A DNA stretch of 64,000 nucleotides from contig MU058718.1 in assembly GCA_013265495.1 (NCBI GenBank), positions 3,610,081 to 3,674,080 of the forward strand, read 5' to 3'. Positions 1 to 12,365 of the stretch are shown here, one piece after another. A program made the translations under genes and the position numbers. Origin of the DNA: Vicugna vicugna (Eukaryota). Each line of letters starts with the position of its first letter. Within the stretch, counting starts at the first letter, position 1. Below the pieces are notes generated by a model. It saw nothing but the letters and a program-made list of their open reading frames with translations. It searched no databases and was not told the DNA's origin.

Positions 1-3000
1 TCTCTTCAGCTGTTGTCAGTGTCCTTAGGGAGGTGAAGTGAACTGCTGGGGAATTTGTTTGCAGATTTGCTTATTTTCACCTGGTCTGTGGTGATTCCTT
101 AGAGGAAAGCGTTCTGAACCACGATATAGATAAAGTGTAGGAGTTACAGATGTTCCAAATGGTTTGGATATCAGCAAAGATATTGCCAAGGCAGGAGCGG
201 CATTACTGGGTCAGTGAAAGGCAGCCATCACAGGCACAGTCTTTGCTTCAAAATGTCAAGGATCAGTCTTTTTAATAGGCACTTGCTCAGAATGGCATGA
301 ATGTCTTTTTTCTTGTCCTTTTTTCATTTTAGATATGTGATGACCCTCAATATCAAAACATGTTGATTGTCACAGAGGGAGAGGATAGGGCTCCAATGAA
401 CTCTGAACAGCCAATCTTAATTTAATAGGGAACATTCTTATCATAAGTCAAATGCTGTTCAACTAAATTGTTTTAAATGTCACTGCAAATGACTTTCTAA
501 GCTAACATTTCACCAATCTTGATGATTCCATTTTATGTTGATAATGAAAATACATTTTATCAGTCTTGTATTGATAAAGTGTTGGCAAGTGTAGCCAGAG
601 CATTTTAGAGGGATTCAAACAACGTAAAGCCTTTCCAGGAGGTTTATTTTTGTAGATGCCGATTCATCTGTAAGCCAATAAATTATGTGGTTTGGATTCT
701 GGCTATTGAACTTACATCTGTTGGGCTTGTGGAGAGATTTCACTGAAGCTTGCAAAAAGATATTTTTATCCTATTCACAAATAAAATAGAGTTTTTAAAA
801 AGATTATGGGAATATGCAAGTGAGCAACTTTATTTGAAATTAGGACACTTCTTTATTGAGATTTATATCAGCAACTAACCATTTATTCAAGCTTTTGGAT
901 GGAAAAACTGCAAACTATTTGTAATCAAACTATGAGCTAATGCTCACTTTAAAAACAAAGTTGGGAAAATATTGTCTGTAATTGTGAGAAGAGAAGCGCT
1001 TCACTTTTGTACCCCAGGGACTGTAGTCAGAGCTGCAGGCATTATAAATTAATTTGAGTAAATATGGCTCAAGAGGTGAAAGCTGTTATAAGCTGTCTCT
1101 TTTAAGAAAGTAACATACAGCTCAGATTTCAGCTTCAGCTGATCACAGGTTACTGACTCTGCCTTATGCTGGGCTAATGGTTTTATTCCTCCAGGTATCG
1201 TGAGTTAACAGCTTGATTGGGTAACCCACCTAGCTGTTAGGTTTAACAAAAGCTTGGGTTTGCTACATCATTCAGGCTAGTAAAATATTCCTGCTTATTT
1301 ATGTTTTAGAATACATGCTAGTAGAATACCCTTAGTTAAATTCAGTTTTATATGGAAATTAGCAAAGATTGTTATTTCATTCAAATTTAATGTGTTTTTT
1401 TATGTGTGGTGTTTTTTAATGTTTTTTTTTTAATTTATTTAAGCTTTTGTGTTAGATTTTTCTACTCTGATTTTATTCTTGCTGATACTTTTGTGCTTTA
1501 AGTATCCAGCTAGAAGTGAGGTGCTGTCTGACAGTAATCAGTTTGACGAGCAGCAGTTTTGGGCAGAAATATTCTATATTGACACATAAATGGGGACAGT
1601 TGCTTTTTCTTTTTTCTTTTTTAATTTTTTTTGACAGTTGCTTTTTCTATTAAGCTTTTGCTAAACTTGAATTGATTCTTGTCACTATTTCATTTTATGC
1701 TGAAATTAGTCCAAAATGGTAAGCCTGGACGTCTTTGCAGCAAATTAAAGTGCTTGCAGAAAAGAGAGGAGAAAAAGAAACATTATATTTTGACCATCGG
1801 CATTATGAGACTTGCCGGACAGTGAAAGCTAAAGGCATGAATGAAAACCTTTGCCAAAGTAGAGTTTGTCCACGTTCATTGCTTTAGTTAGAAAGGAACT
1901 AAATTAGTCACTTGCTGGTCATTGCCTGGACTGTGGACCCCCAACAGCTCTGTCTGAACACAGATCCAAAAGCATCTATTATAATACCCAGGGCAAGGGG
2001 CTGAGCCAAGAGGGGCATCCAGACATTCCTTATAGCTGTTCAGCTGCTGGACCATCTGGAGGGGAACTCAAAGGCCTGGGCTCGCAGCGCTGGCTTTGTG
2101 CTCCTTTATTATTTGGTTTTGCCTTGCCAGACTTTGTCCCCTTTTCACTCCCTCTGGCCCAGAGCAGGCATCCCCTTTGGCTGGTCTGCCATTCTTACAG
2201 GCTCCTTTCTATACCTTGGTCCCTGGAAAGTTCACAAGTTCACAGATCCACTTCATGCTGGCCTTATGTTGGGGACTTCATTATTCCGGCCGCACCTCCA
2301 CCTCCTTCTTGTCCAGTCCCGGCTGGCACTTTGATTCCATCAGCTGGGGTTGCCAAGGGGAGCACAGTGATGCCGGTCTCTAGCGGACATCCCTGCCAGG
2401 GCCTGCACGTTCTGGCACCCTTGTTCTGAGTTATTTGGAAGGAAGATGCTCTGAATAGTTCTCATTGTGGGTGGTGGTTCGATAGTGAATGTTTTGATTA
2501 ATGGCTCTGTGCATCTGCCTCTTAGTTAACCATCCCTTGCTGGAACTCCAAAATATTGCCAATGCTGGCCTGTTTATTCCAAAGGAGTTGTAAAGGCTTC
2601 TGACAATTTAATTGGAGAAGTAGATGGTGACGAGAGGCCCAGGTTTGTGGCAGGTTTTATAAAGCTGGACTTGTCCTTGGCAATTTGAAGGACAATTTAA
2701 TCACTCAGAACCCAACTTCCTTCATGTGGAAGTAAGATTCCTGCTGCTGGTGAGGGTCAGCTGGGCTCTGACTGTGGACAGCACTGCATTGCATAGATTA
2801 GACATATCTAAGTGTTTGGGGGGAAGTATTTGAACAATTATCAACTTCTGGACTGTGCCCATTATTGAAGACATGGGACTCCTCGTGATCATTTTTGTAT
2901 TAAAATCTATTTTGTCTTTGCCCTAAACCCCAAAGCTGCTTTAGGAAAAATGAGAGTGCCTATTCTGTGCATCTCTAGTGCCCAGTAGGCTATAATTATC

Positions 3001-3219
3001 AATAAATGAATCAAGGGAGATAGGGAGGAAGGAACCCCACCCCTCCTTCCATTCTGGAGGAGTTTGTGGCCTCCAAGTATTCCATGGTGGTTTCTAGTGC
3101 TTGGTACTGTTCAGCTGGTTACCACATAAAAGTGGAGGTAAGTGACTTGCCATTGATACCATTCCAGTGGCCCCATTCATGTGTTCTATGTGCATGTGCA
3201 AGAGTGAGAGACAGTATAA

Positions 3220-3428
3220 TTTAGTGTCAAACCAGAGCTCAGATGCCAGCTCCACCACCATTATTAGCGCTGTATCATCGGACAAGTAGCTTAATTTTGC
3301 CAAGCCCCAATTTCTACATCCGAAATGAGAATGTGATACCTACTTTAAAGAATTAGGAGGGCTGAATGAGATCATTTATGTTAAGTACTCAGCATAGGCC
3401 AGACTTACAATAAATGCTCAGAAGTTAA
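3220..3428 (+). mobile_element. MIR SINE
   Basis: ggacaagtagcttaa...aaatgagaat...tacctac...aatgagat...taaatgctca core. Confidence 0.65.
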
Positions 3429-4675
3429 AAAAAAAAGTTTCTTCTGAATTCTCAACTGTATTTCAGCCATTGCTTTTGTTTGCCGTCAAATTGATCAGCA
3501 ATCTGCCTTTGAAGATCAGGGAAGGCCTGAACATCACCTGCTGCTATTTCCACTTAGTAACAAATATAATATTACTTTTATGTGTAATGTGGCCCCTGCT
3601 CAGTCTTGCTTTCTGCATTATGATGTTCTACAGCTCCTGTTTTGCTTTTTTGAAGGCAGATCTGTGGCCAGCTGACTTGTATTCAAGTTACCCCTCTTCA
3701 GTTTACTTTTCCTTTGTAAGTCACAGGTATTTTCTTGGTTTTCTCACTTCCCCTCTTGTGCCAGCTTTCTCTGGGATTAGCTGCTCTTGCCACCATATTT
3801 AACCCTCAGAACAACCCTCCAGATGGGTATTATTATTCTCATCCTGTAAACAGAGGGACATGGGAAAGCATTTTAGTGCAGATTCTCCTCCACAGTCATA
3901 TCCCGTAACAACAACAACAAAAGTGCAGCTGAAGTTTGTGAATCCATTGGCTTAATTACTACCTCATCGAATCAAGCTTGAGGCAGCTCTACATGGTGCA
4001 GTTTGGCAGTGGGTGCTGGCTTTCTGCTTATGCTTGGTCATGTATAAGACTGGAAATGCCTTTGAAAAGGGAGTGGACTTGGCAAAAAAAGGTATGCTTA
4101 TGGAAGAAATAGGCATTTCAAAGCCTTCATATGCTCGTTTCCATAGCTTTTATTCAAGATAAGTTTCCTCTCAGGGAACCTCCATACACTAAGTCAGTCC
4201 GCGATGTTTGCTGAGTCCCTGGTGTAAAGAACAGACAGTGCATTTGGGGGAAGTTATATGACAGAAATTATGGACCCTGCCTTTGAAGAAATTTCTGCCA
4301 CATAGGGAGAAAAAGAATTCTTGCACATGAAATTACTGATGAACATTTGGAGAATAATATCAACCAGTAAAGATGCATTCTGTGCCAGAAGAGTACTGAC
4401 AACTTGTCACCATATGTAACATCTTTTGGATGTTTCCATACGACCATTTGTTCTGCAAGGGTGGGACTGTTTTCCCCCTTCAGTCGAAAGGATATTTTAC
4501 AAAGCACAGTTCTTGGGAAGGAAGGAGATGAAATAAAGAGAGAAAAAAGGAAAGTTGCTGTAAAATGAAAGAGGTTTGATTTAGTGAAAAGCCAGTGCCT
4601 CTCAAAGAACAGGGCGTGATAGCTTATCAGATTCAAAGCCTTGGATAAGATCAGGACTTCTCAGTATACCGTGAG

Positions 4676-4845
4676 TTTTTTTGTTTCTTTCCTTTCTTTC
4701 TTTTTTTAAAAAATATTGAAGTACAGATCAACTTATTTACAAAACAGAAACAGACTCACAGACATAGAAAACAAATTTATGGTTACCAAAGGAGAACAGG
4801 AAAAGGGTAAATTAGGAGGATGGGATTAACAGATACACGTTACCA
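4676..4845. mobile_element. Short LINE-1 3' fragment, apparently with internal inversion
   Basis: T-rich tail plus attgaagtacag (antisense L1 terminus) followed by sense 3'UTR aaacagactcacagacatagaaaacaaatttatggttacc. Confidence 0.65.
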
Positions 4846-5671
4846 TTGTGGGTTCTCTGGCCATCTTTCATTGGTTTAGATGGGCAAATCCCCACCCCTT
4901 AAAAATAATTTTTGAAAGGGGAAGTGTTAGAATTCTTTCACTTTCAAGTTTTTTTTTTAATATACAAAATCAAGCAGAAGCAGAATAGTCTAGCTTTTAT
5001 GAAATTGGTCAGGACTGTAGAACTGAGAGAGTGAGTCCGAGAGCTTCTTTCTTGGGGATTCTCAGCTGACCTTGGTTGGGAATTAATTGGGCAGACTCTG
5101 CATGAATCTCATTAGCCAAGCCACGGCCTTGTCTAAATTCCTCACTTTTGTTGCTTTGCTTAACACCTTGGTTTTTCTTTTCTTGTGTTTTGATGTTTAT
5201 GTAGCACTCTCTCAAGTTATTTTGTAAACATTTATATGGTGATTAGTTAATCCAACAGACCAATCCTGGGAAGGCAGCCAGAGCCAGCAGCACCTTAATA
5301 GAAAAACTGATAATTAGGAGAAGAGACCTTTGAGACCAGGAGCCTGGACCAGAATATTACAACTTCTCCTTAATGAGTGGCCCAGCTGTTTAGATCCATC
5401 TTCTGAGTCTGCCTCGTTCTGCTGAAACCCCTGGGATGGTTGTTGGCTTTGTTTCATAGCTTGTTGTGTTTTGAACAGTTGTCCATGGAAAGAAAGCAGC
5501 CCAGCTTAGAGCAGCACTGCTATGTTACTGAAGGCTCGTTTATTTTCAGATCTGACTGTGTTCAACATCCTAACATGTACATTTCCCGTTTGTAATGATC
5601 TGCCCTGTGACATCACCTCCGAGCTAGTTTTCTGATCCAGAGTTTGGTTTAGTTAAGGTGTGCTTTTAAAC

Positions 5672-5877
5672 ATAGAATGGTGGTTGCCAGGGACTGGGGG
5701 TGGGGGGAAATGGGGGAGTTGCTGGGCAGTGGGTATAGTGTTTCAGTCAGGCAAGATGGAGCAGCTCTAGAGATCTGCTGTACAACAATGCCTGTAGAGT
5801 GAACAGTACAGTACTGCACACTTCAAATGTTGAGAGGGTGGATTTCATGTTATGTGTTTTTAATCACAATAAAAAAT
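5672..5877 (+). mobile_element. Old LINE-1 (L1MA/L1MB-type) 3' end
   Basis: agaatggtggttgccaggg...agatctgctgtacaaca...cacaataaaaaa. Confidence 0.8.
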
Positions 5878-6082
5878 TATACTGGCAAGATAAATATCTT
5901 TTTAAAGGTACAGCTTTTTATAGTCAAGGGGCTAGCTCTCAGAGCCTCGTTTCAGATGGCTGAGCTCACCCTCTCGAGGGTGTATGTCGTGTTTGGCTTC
6001 CATTGCGTCATGGTGAAGGTACCATCAGATGTGAAGATTTTAGGCTTTCACTGGAAAACACAACACATTAAAAATGAATTAT

Positions 6083-6186
6083 GGGGGGAGGGTATAGTTC
6101 AGTGGTAGAATGCGTGCTTTGCAAGTACGAGATCCTGGGTTCAATGCCCAGTACCTCTGTTAATAAAAAACAAAAACACACAAAAA
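6083..6186 (+). mobile_element. tRNA-derived SINE (camelid Vic-1-like)
   Basis: ggggagggtatagttcagtggtaga A-box, gggttcaatgcc B-box, A-rich tail; near-perfect TSD aaaa(a/g)tgaattat. Confidence 0.85.
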
Positions 6187-7323
6187 AGTGAATTATTGTG
6201 CAAGCAAAAAACCAGATTGTAATCTTCAAGTATGAGGAACATAGATTTTTATGATATCTATATATTTAATGAAAATTATTTTTAGCAAAAAAAGTTATTT
6301 TGATGACTCCATGTTTTTATGGATTCCATGAAATGTGGAAAAATGGAGAGCCTGGGGTTGGGGTGGGTCAGAGAGATGGAAGACCAATTAACCAGGAGTG
6401 CAGAGATGAGATGGTGGAGATAGTGGAGGGTCCTGAGAATCCATGTGATTCACGTGTGGTCTGTGGCTCCTTAGAACCTCACTGTCTGAAAAGCTGGAGT
6501 AGTATTTTCCTCTTTCTCGAGGCAACCAAGCATTACCTAAAACTCCCTGGGGCTAATGCGAGCTTCAGGGAATACTCTTCCTGTCACACCTCATGTAATT
6601 GCACGGATGAGGTTAATTGCATTGCTTTTTGAGGAACTCGAGTAAGAGGCATTTGGCCTCCTGTAAACAGGAAGGTGGGTTTGTATCAGACGTGTTCATC
6701 CAGTGCCTCTGCTGTAACCGGTGGTCTGACTACAAGGGGGGCATCCAGGCTGAGGAAGAGAAAGGAAGCAGTGCGGCGGACTGCAGCACCTGGCAGGTCT
6801 TCTGGAGCTCGCTGACTTGCGTGGAAGCTCCGGTCCTGCAGTCTACTGTAGCTAACAGTTTATTTGAAAGGACTGGATGTCAGAAGTGGCTTTTCACCTT
6901 CTGTGAGTCCTGGACCACATAGGCTGGTAGAAAGAAAATTGCTTTCAGTCTTGATTTTGACAGACTGGCTACCAGCCTGAGGGCCGGGCAGGAGAGGAGG
7001 GCGCCCTTCTGCGTGGGAGACTCCCTCATTCTGGTCACCCCACTGGGGCCGGATCTTGTGGATGTGCTCCCGGTGTGGGCGCCGTGCCGGAGCTCCGCTG
7101 GCTGGCGCTGGGTCCTGGAGGGACCTGTGGTTTCGCTGGGAGGTGTGCAGTGTTACCTCTCCTGCTGACCCTCGCGTGGTCCCGATGGACCAGGACATAA
7201 GAGCATTCCCAAGTGGCCGGCAGGGGTGGAGGCAGCGTGCTGGGGGGTGGTGGTCGGACTCCAGCGGCTGCCACCATGCGACCTTGTCTCTGTCCTGCAC
7301 AGGTGAACGCTGTGGGCTATGGG

Positions 7324-7506
7324 ATGGATGAGGCGGAGCAGGACCAGCATGAGGCCCGACTCAAGGAGCTGTTTGACAGTTTTGACACCACAGGCACCGG
7401 GTCCCTGGGACAGGAGGAACTCACCGACCTTTGCCACATGTTGAGCTTGGAGGAGGTGGCCCCGGTGCTGCAAGAGACTCTGCTTCAGGACAACCTCTTG
7501 GGCAGG
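7324..7506 (+). CDS. NIN: Ninein coding exon 1 (exon starts 7303, 21 nt UTR; EF-hand DTTGTGSLGQEEL)
   Basis: Acceptor tgtcctgcacag|7303, ATG at 7324, donor AGG|gtaaga; 183 nt coding, ends phase 0. Confidence 0.96.
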
Positions 7507-10500
7507 GTAAGACCTGGGAAGAGGCCGGCTATGGGAAGTGGGTGCGGTTTCTCTCGCTCGCAGGGCAGGCAGGGATGGGGGGGGGCAGACCGCGCTGTGT
7601 TGCAACTGGTTTCTAACATCCTGGCAGTGTGTGCCTTTAGCTGTCAACCTGATAAACAGAAAAAAAAAAAAAAGTAATGGGCGTGACATAGCAGCTCTGG
7701 TGATGAGGGCCTGCTTTAATTTGTGCTCTGAGTGAAGGTGTGTCCTGAGCATCTTAAATGAGAAGAGGAAATGGGAACAAGAGGATGTTTTCCAATTCTC
7801 AACTTGTTCTTTGCGGATCATTTTCTGGACTCCACATTCATCTTTGGGACAGAAGGGAGGGGACTGAGATTTCCACGGAAGAGAAGGGAAGTGCAGTAAG
7901 AAAACAGCCATTCCCAGAAAGAGCAGCTTGCTGTTGTGACTTGTACTCCCCATAAAGCTATTTCTTGTGTGGGTTGTTTCTAGGGTAAAGTATTAATTAT
8001 ACCTTTTACCCAGGAAATAAGACAGGAGGGTAAGTAAACACAGGGCAGTTTCACTGAAAACCCAGCACGACTTGCTTCCAGCAGGGATGTGCGTGTGTGC
8101 CGATGTTAACTTTTACAAATGACAACAAATAGTCAAGTGCTCCCTGTAGATCAGGTTGCACAGATGAGTGAGAGGTGAGACAGGGTCCTTTTTTTCCCTT
8201 CTTCCTGTTACCGGGAAGGCTCTATCACCACCTGATTGTGCCTTCAATTCTCATAATTAAAATTAAGAGGAACGTTTATATGGCTTTGGGTTGAACCTTG
8301 TTGCTGGCTTTTGAATGAGTGAGAAAAAACGAGCAGTGCTTCTGGAACCCTGTTGCTGCCATTGCTGATGCGTTGTAGCTGTGAGCTTTTGTCACGTGGT
8401 GTAAATTGAGGAAGCGGCTCTGAAGCTCAACTTTATTCCAGTGACCAGACCTCCTTCTTATTTCGTTTTCACTGTCTCTTAGCGGAAATGCTGGGCAAGT
8501 GATCTCAGATACAGTGCAGGGTCCTGGCTCTCTGATGTGAGCCGGACAGGAGCGTCAGTCATCCTGAAGTTGAAGTACAGAGGGTCACGTTCTCTCGGGC
8601 TCCACACCACGGAGGGGGACATTTAACAGAGCTCACACCTAAAGAAAGTGGGGTTTTTTTGTTGTTGTTTTTTCATTTTTGCAAAACGAGAACCATTTTT
8701 GGTCACTTTAGGGGATTAGCTTCTTGAGAATACTGGTGATGTCTGAAAAATCTTGCTTTGAAAGCAAGAGACATGGGAACTTTGAGGTTTAAACCACTTG
8801 CTCCTTTTCATGTTATGGGCTGGAATGTTCCTTAGTTCTGTCTCCATCTCAGTCACTTTGGGGAGCTCACAGAGTAGCATTTCCCACTGTGGTCCTGGGG
8901 GGTCTCAGGCCTCTGGGTAGCTAAGGAATAGTATCCAAGAGAGGATCTGTTTCATGCTTATTAAAGCCTGAGAAGACTTCATAGAGCTTCAGGTTTCCTT
9001 GAGAGGCAGCATCAACAAGGAACCCTCCACTGTAAATAGGCTGCTCCTTGGCAGCCGATGGACAGTCTGCTCTCCAGATGTTGCACATCTTTGCCCTCCG
9101 TTGGCAGACTGAAACGGAGGCCAGTTATCGATTGATTCGTTAACGACTTGACACTACCAGCCCGCTTTTACGTTTGCTCTTTGCCTGTGAATAATGAATA
9201 CCTAAGTGGTCTATAGTGTGATATTTACTTAGTGAGCCAGTGATAGAAGTTAAATAGATGTATGCATGTTGATCGCGGGGGAAGTCCCCGGTGGCTGTCT
9301 TGAGAGCAGAGTTGGTGGGAATTAATGCACTACTGTTAGATTTGCATTTTTTATGAAACTGAATTATTCTCCTCAGATGATCACATAAACTTGGCCATAT
9401 GCTGTTAAGATACTCTTATATAGTCTACAATTTTAAATTGTAAGGAAAAAATTCCTTAGACTTCACTGGAGAATTCTAAGTTCTCTCACCTTCTTGATAT
9501 ATTGAATAGCGATCATAAGTTGTAAAATTATAAGTGGTTTCTAATGCAGGCCACTTCTTTTTTAGATGGTATTTGTAGAAAAATATATAAGGGTTAGCAG
9601 TTCAGTTTAATAAAAAAAGGAGAAAGAAATAATAGCATGACATTTAAATATATTCATCTATTCATTAATTCAACAAATACGTATTGTCTGTGACTGGTAT
9701 GTCAGGCATCCTCCTGGGCTTATGGTATGGATGCAACTTGTGTTTACTGTGAACTAAAGTTTTCCATTAGATTGACTTTTGGATACATTAGTATCCATCA
9801 GCTTCCTGGATGCTTGTGGTTTTAATTTTTCTTTTATAACTTAAGCATAATTTTTAAATAAAATAAAACCTCAAGTTTTACCTCCATTGGAATTGGGCTG
9901 AATTAATCATTTTTTCTTGAAAAAAGAAATAAGGTAAAAAGCATTGTCGCCCTCAACTAAGTTATTTTTTATTTCCAAATCCATCTTTCATAACTTCTTG
10001 TTCTTTTTTTTTTTTTTTGGAAGCCTAATGCTTCTTTTGACAATTGTTAAGAAAAGTAACTTAAAACCACTTGCCATTTTCATGCATTTTAGTAATAGGC
10101 CATTTACCCTCAAATTATGTTTCAACTAATCTGTCTGATTTTGCTTTGTAACTTGAAATCATCTTTCCCCGAGCATGGTGGTTACTCTGTAAATGTTTGA
10201 AATGCCCAAAGATTGTGGATCACTGATTTGAAGGAAAGAGGACATTGCTGGTAGGTGTTTCCTACTAGTTTATGGAAAGAGCTCCATTCATATCTTTGTC
10301 ATCAGTTAAGCACCTATCAGGTGGGTCAGACCCCAAGACAAGGGATTCCTCGAGACACGGAGGAACTTATTATCTGGGCAGGTAACATTCTTGCAGGTGA
10401 ATAGTGCTGGGAGTAAATACTGCACACATTTAAGAAAGGGAGCCATGTTAGCTCACTTACTGAACCAAGGTTTCATCCAAGCACTTGGTTCCAATTGTAG

Positions 10501-11051
10501 ATGTTTCCTGGTTTTGTGTCTTTTAAATGGAGCGTTTCCACATGTCTCTCTATCTCCTTTATTAGAAAACAGACCATAAAGATGGTAATTTGCCTTGGTT
10601 TTGTTGAAGCTTTAGCTAGATCCAGTTTTAAAAATACATTTTCCTTTCCTTGTAGAATATACTAACTTTGAGACAACACAGCCCCCTGAGTTTCCTTGCT
10701 ACACCCTTTAATATGAGTCTGGATGCTGAAGTATCTCACGCCCTTGGCACTTTTTAGAATCAGAACAAGCCACATGGTAGGAGAACTTACCATTGGCTTC
10801 CAGAGAGTCCCATAGGTATGTGGACTCCAGTCATCAAAGGCACTTTGTAATTTTTTGTTTTAGAATTTGATAACTGTACAAATATATAATTCAACCCAGC
10901 TTTGTCACCTTTTATTTCAAGTGCTTGGGGTTCTTTTATAAATGTCACAATTAATTTTATATGGCAGATTTGCTTGTTTGTTTCCAGTTCATTGAGCTTT
11001 TTTTTTTTAAGGATTTATTAAGCCAAATAGGTTAAAATTGGACTCCTTGGG

Positions 11052-11168
11052 GTTGTTTTTGTTTTTTTGTTTTGTTTTGTTTGTTTTGATGGAGGTACTG
11101 GAAATTGAACCCAGAACCTCATGCATGCTAACCATACACTCTACCACTGAGATATACCCCCTCTCCCA
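11052..11168 (-). mobile_element. tRNA-derived SINE (Vic-1-like), antisense
   Basis: Reverse complement of the same head; (GTTTT)n tail on the left. Confidence 0.85.
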
Positions 11169-12144
11169 TTAAACTTTTTAAGATTTCTTTCTGTGATATA
11201 CATTTTAGCTATTTGGTAAGTGAATCAGAAATATAGAAGTACTTTCTGGCGGTAATTGTTTGAACTTGTAATCTGTGTGCAAAATTACGCTTGATTGTCA
11301 AATGGTGCCTGTTTATAGCTACCTCATGTTCATGCTCCTGTTTTGTATTATTGATCAGGGCTTTAAAGAGAAAGGTGGGAGCATTTCTCATTGCATCTCT
11401 TAAATGTCTGAACCTTTGCTGTATCTTACTGCTTAACCTGAAACAGTGAGAGACAGTTTCTAATTCCATGTTTCTCTTGTGACTCTACGTAATCATCACT
11501 CCTTTCCTTTACCACAGTGTCACCTGGGGTTGATATGAACTCCTAAGGTCCTGTAGTTCACATTTATAGACAAGAAGACCTTCTGATTAAGACGCTGCAA
11601 GACTTGCATCTACTCTTAACACTTTCTCGTCAAACCCACTGTAGAATTCACTTTGGTCTTATGTGCTAGGAACCTCGAGCCCTAATCTGACAGAGGGCAA
11701 GGGGCAGGGCTGTTGGGAAGGCTCTCAACAAGAGTTAGGAACAAGTGCTGAATGGCTCCTCTCTTCTACCTACTTTATTTTTGCAATGACCACCTCTCTC
11801 ACTGAAGCAACTATGATCAGGGATGCTCCAGTTTCTGCAGTATTTCACTCATACTTTTATGAGTAGCTTCTTGTTTGGATGGAAGGGACTTAACAGTTCT
11901 TCCAGATTTTAGACTTCAGTGTTCATCTATATGACAGAGAAACCTAGAACCCAGAGCTTGGAAAAGTACGGTGACTTGTCTGAGGTCAGGCAAATTGTTT
12001 AAAGCAGCACCAGACTGGGAACCCAGACTTCCCAGGCCCTGAATATGAACGCATCTCTCCACAGCCTCCTCAGCCTCCACATATGCAGAAATAAATCTCA
12101 TTCTCCATCCCCTGCAGCCCACCCCAGCCCCCGCCACATCGAGA

Positions 12145-12365
12145 CAGTGTGCTGCTGGAGCCTAGTCTTTCAAGTTGGACCTGCATTCAAGTACTGACTC
12201 TTGTCATATTTTAGCCATGTGTGCAAATTGTCTTAAACATGCTGAGCCTCAGTTTCTTCATCAGTAAAATGGGAAAAATAATGCCCTCCTTATAAGATTA
12301 TGGTAAGGGTGACTTAGACTGTGTGTGCCAAAGGCTTGTCATAGAGCCTGGCACACAGTTAACTA
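12145..12365 (+). mobile_element. MIR SINE
   Basis: ctgagcctcagtttcttcatcagtaaaatggg core and cctggcacacagt end. Confidence 0.8.

Noticed and set aside
1..7302. Possible NIN promoter or 5'UTR exon upstream of the first coding exon
   Set aside because: No CpG-island promoter or clearly supportable exon; 7303 has a good splice acceptor, so the region is treated as intron with the promoter upstream of the window
7153..7953. 266-aa antisense ORF over the first coding exon
   Set aside because: Shadow of a GC-rich coding exon, crosses a poly-A tract (FFFF), no recognisable protein
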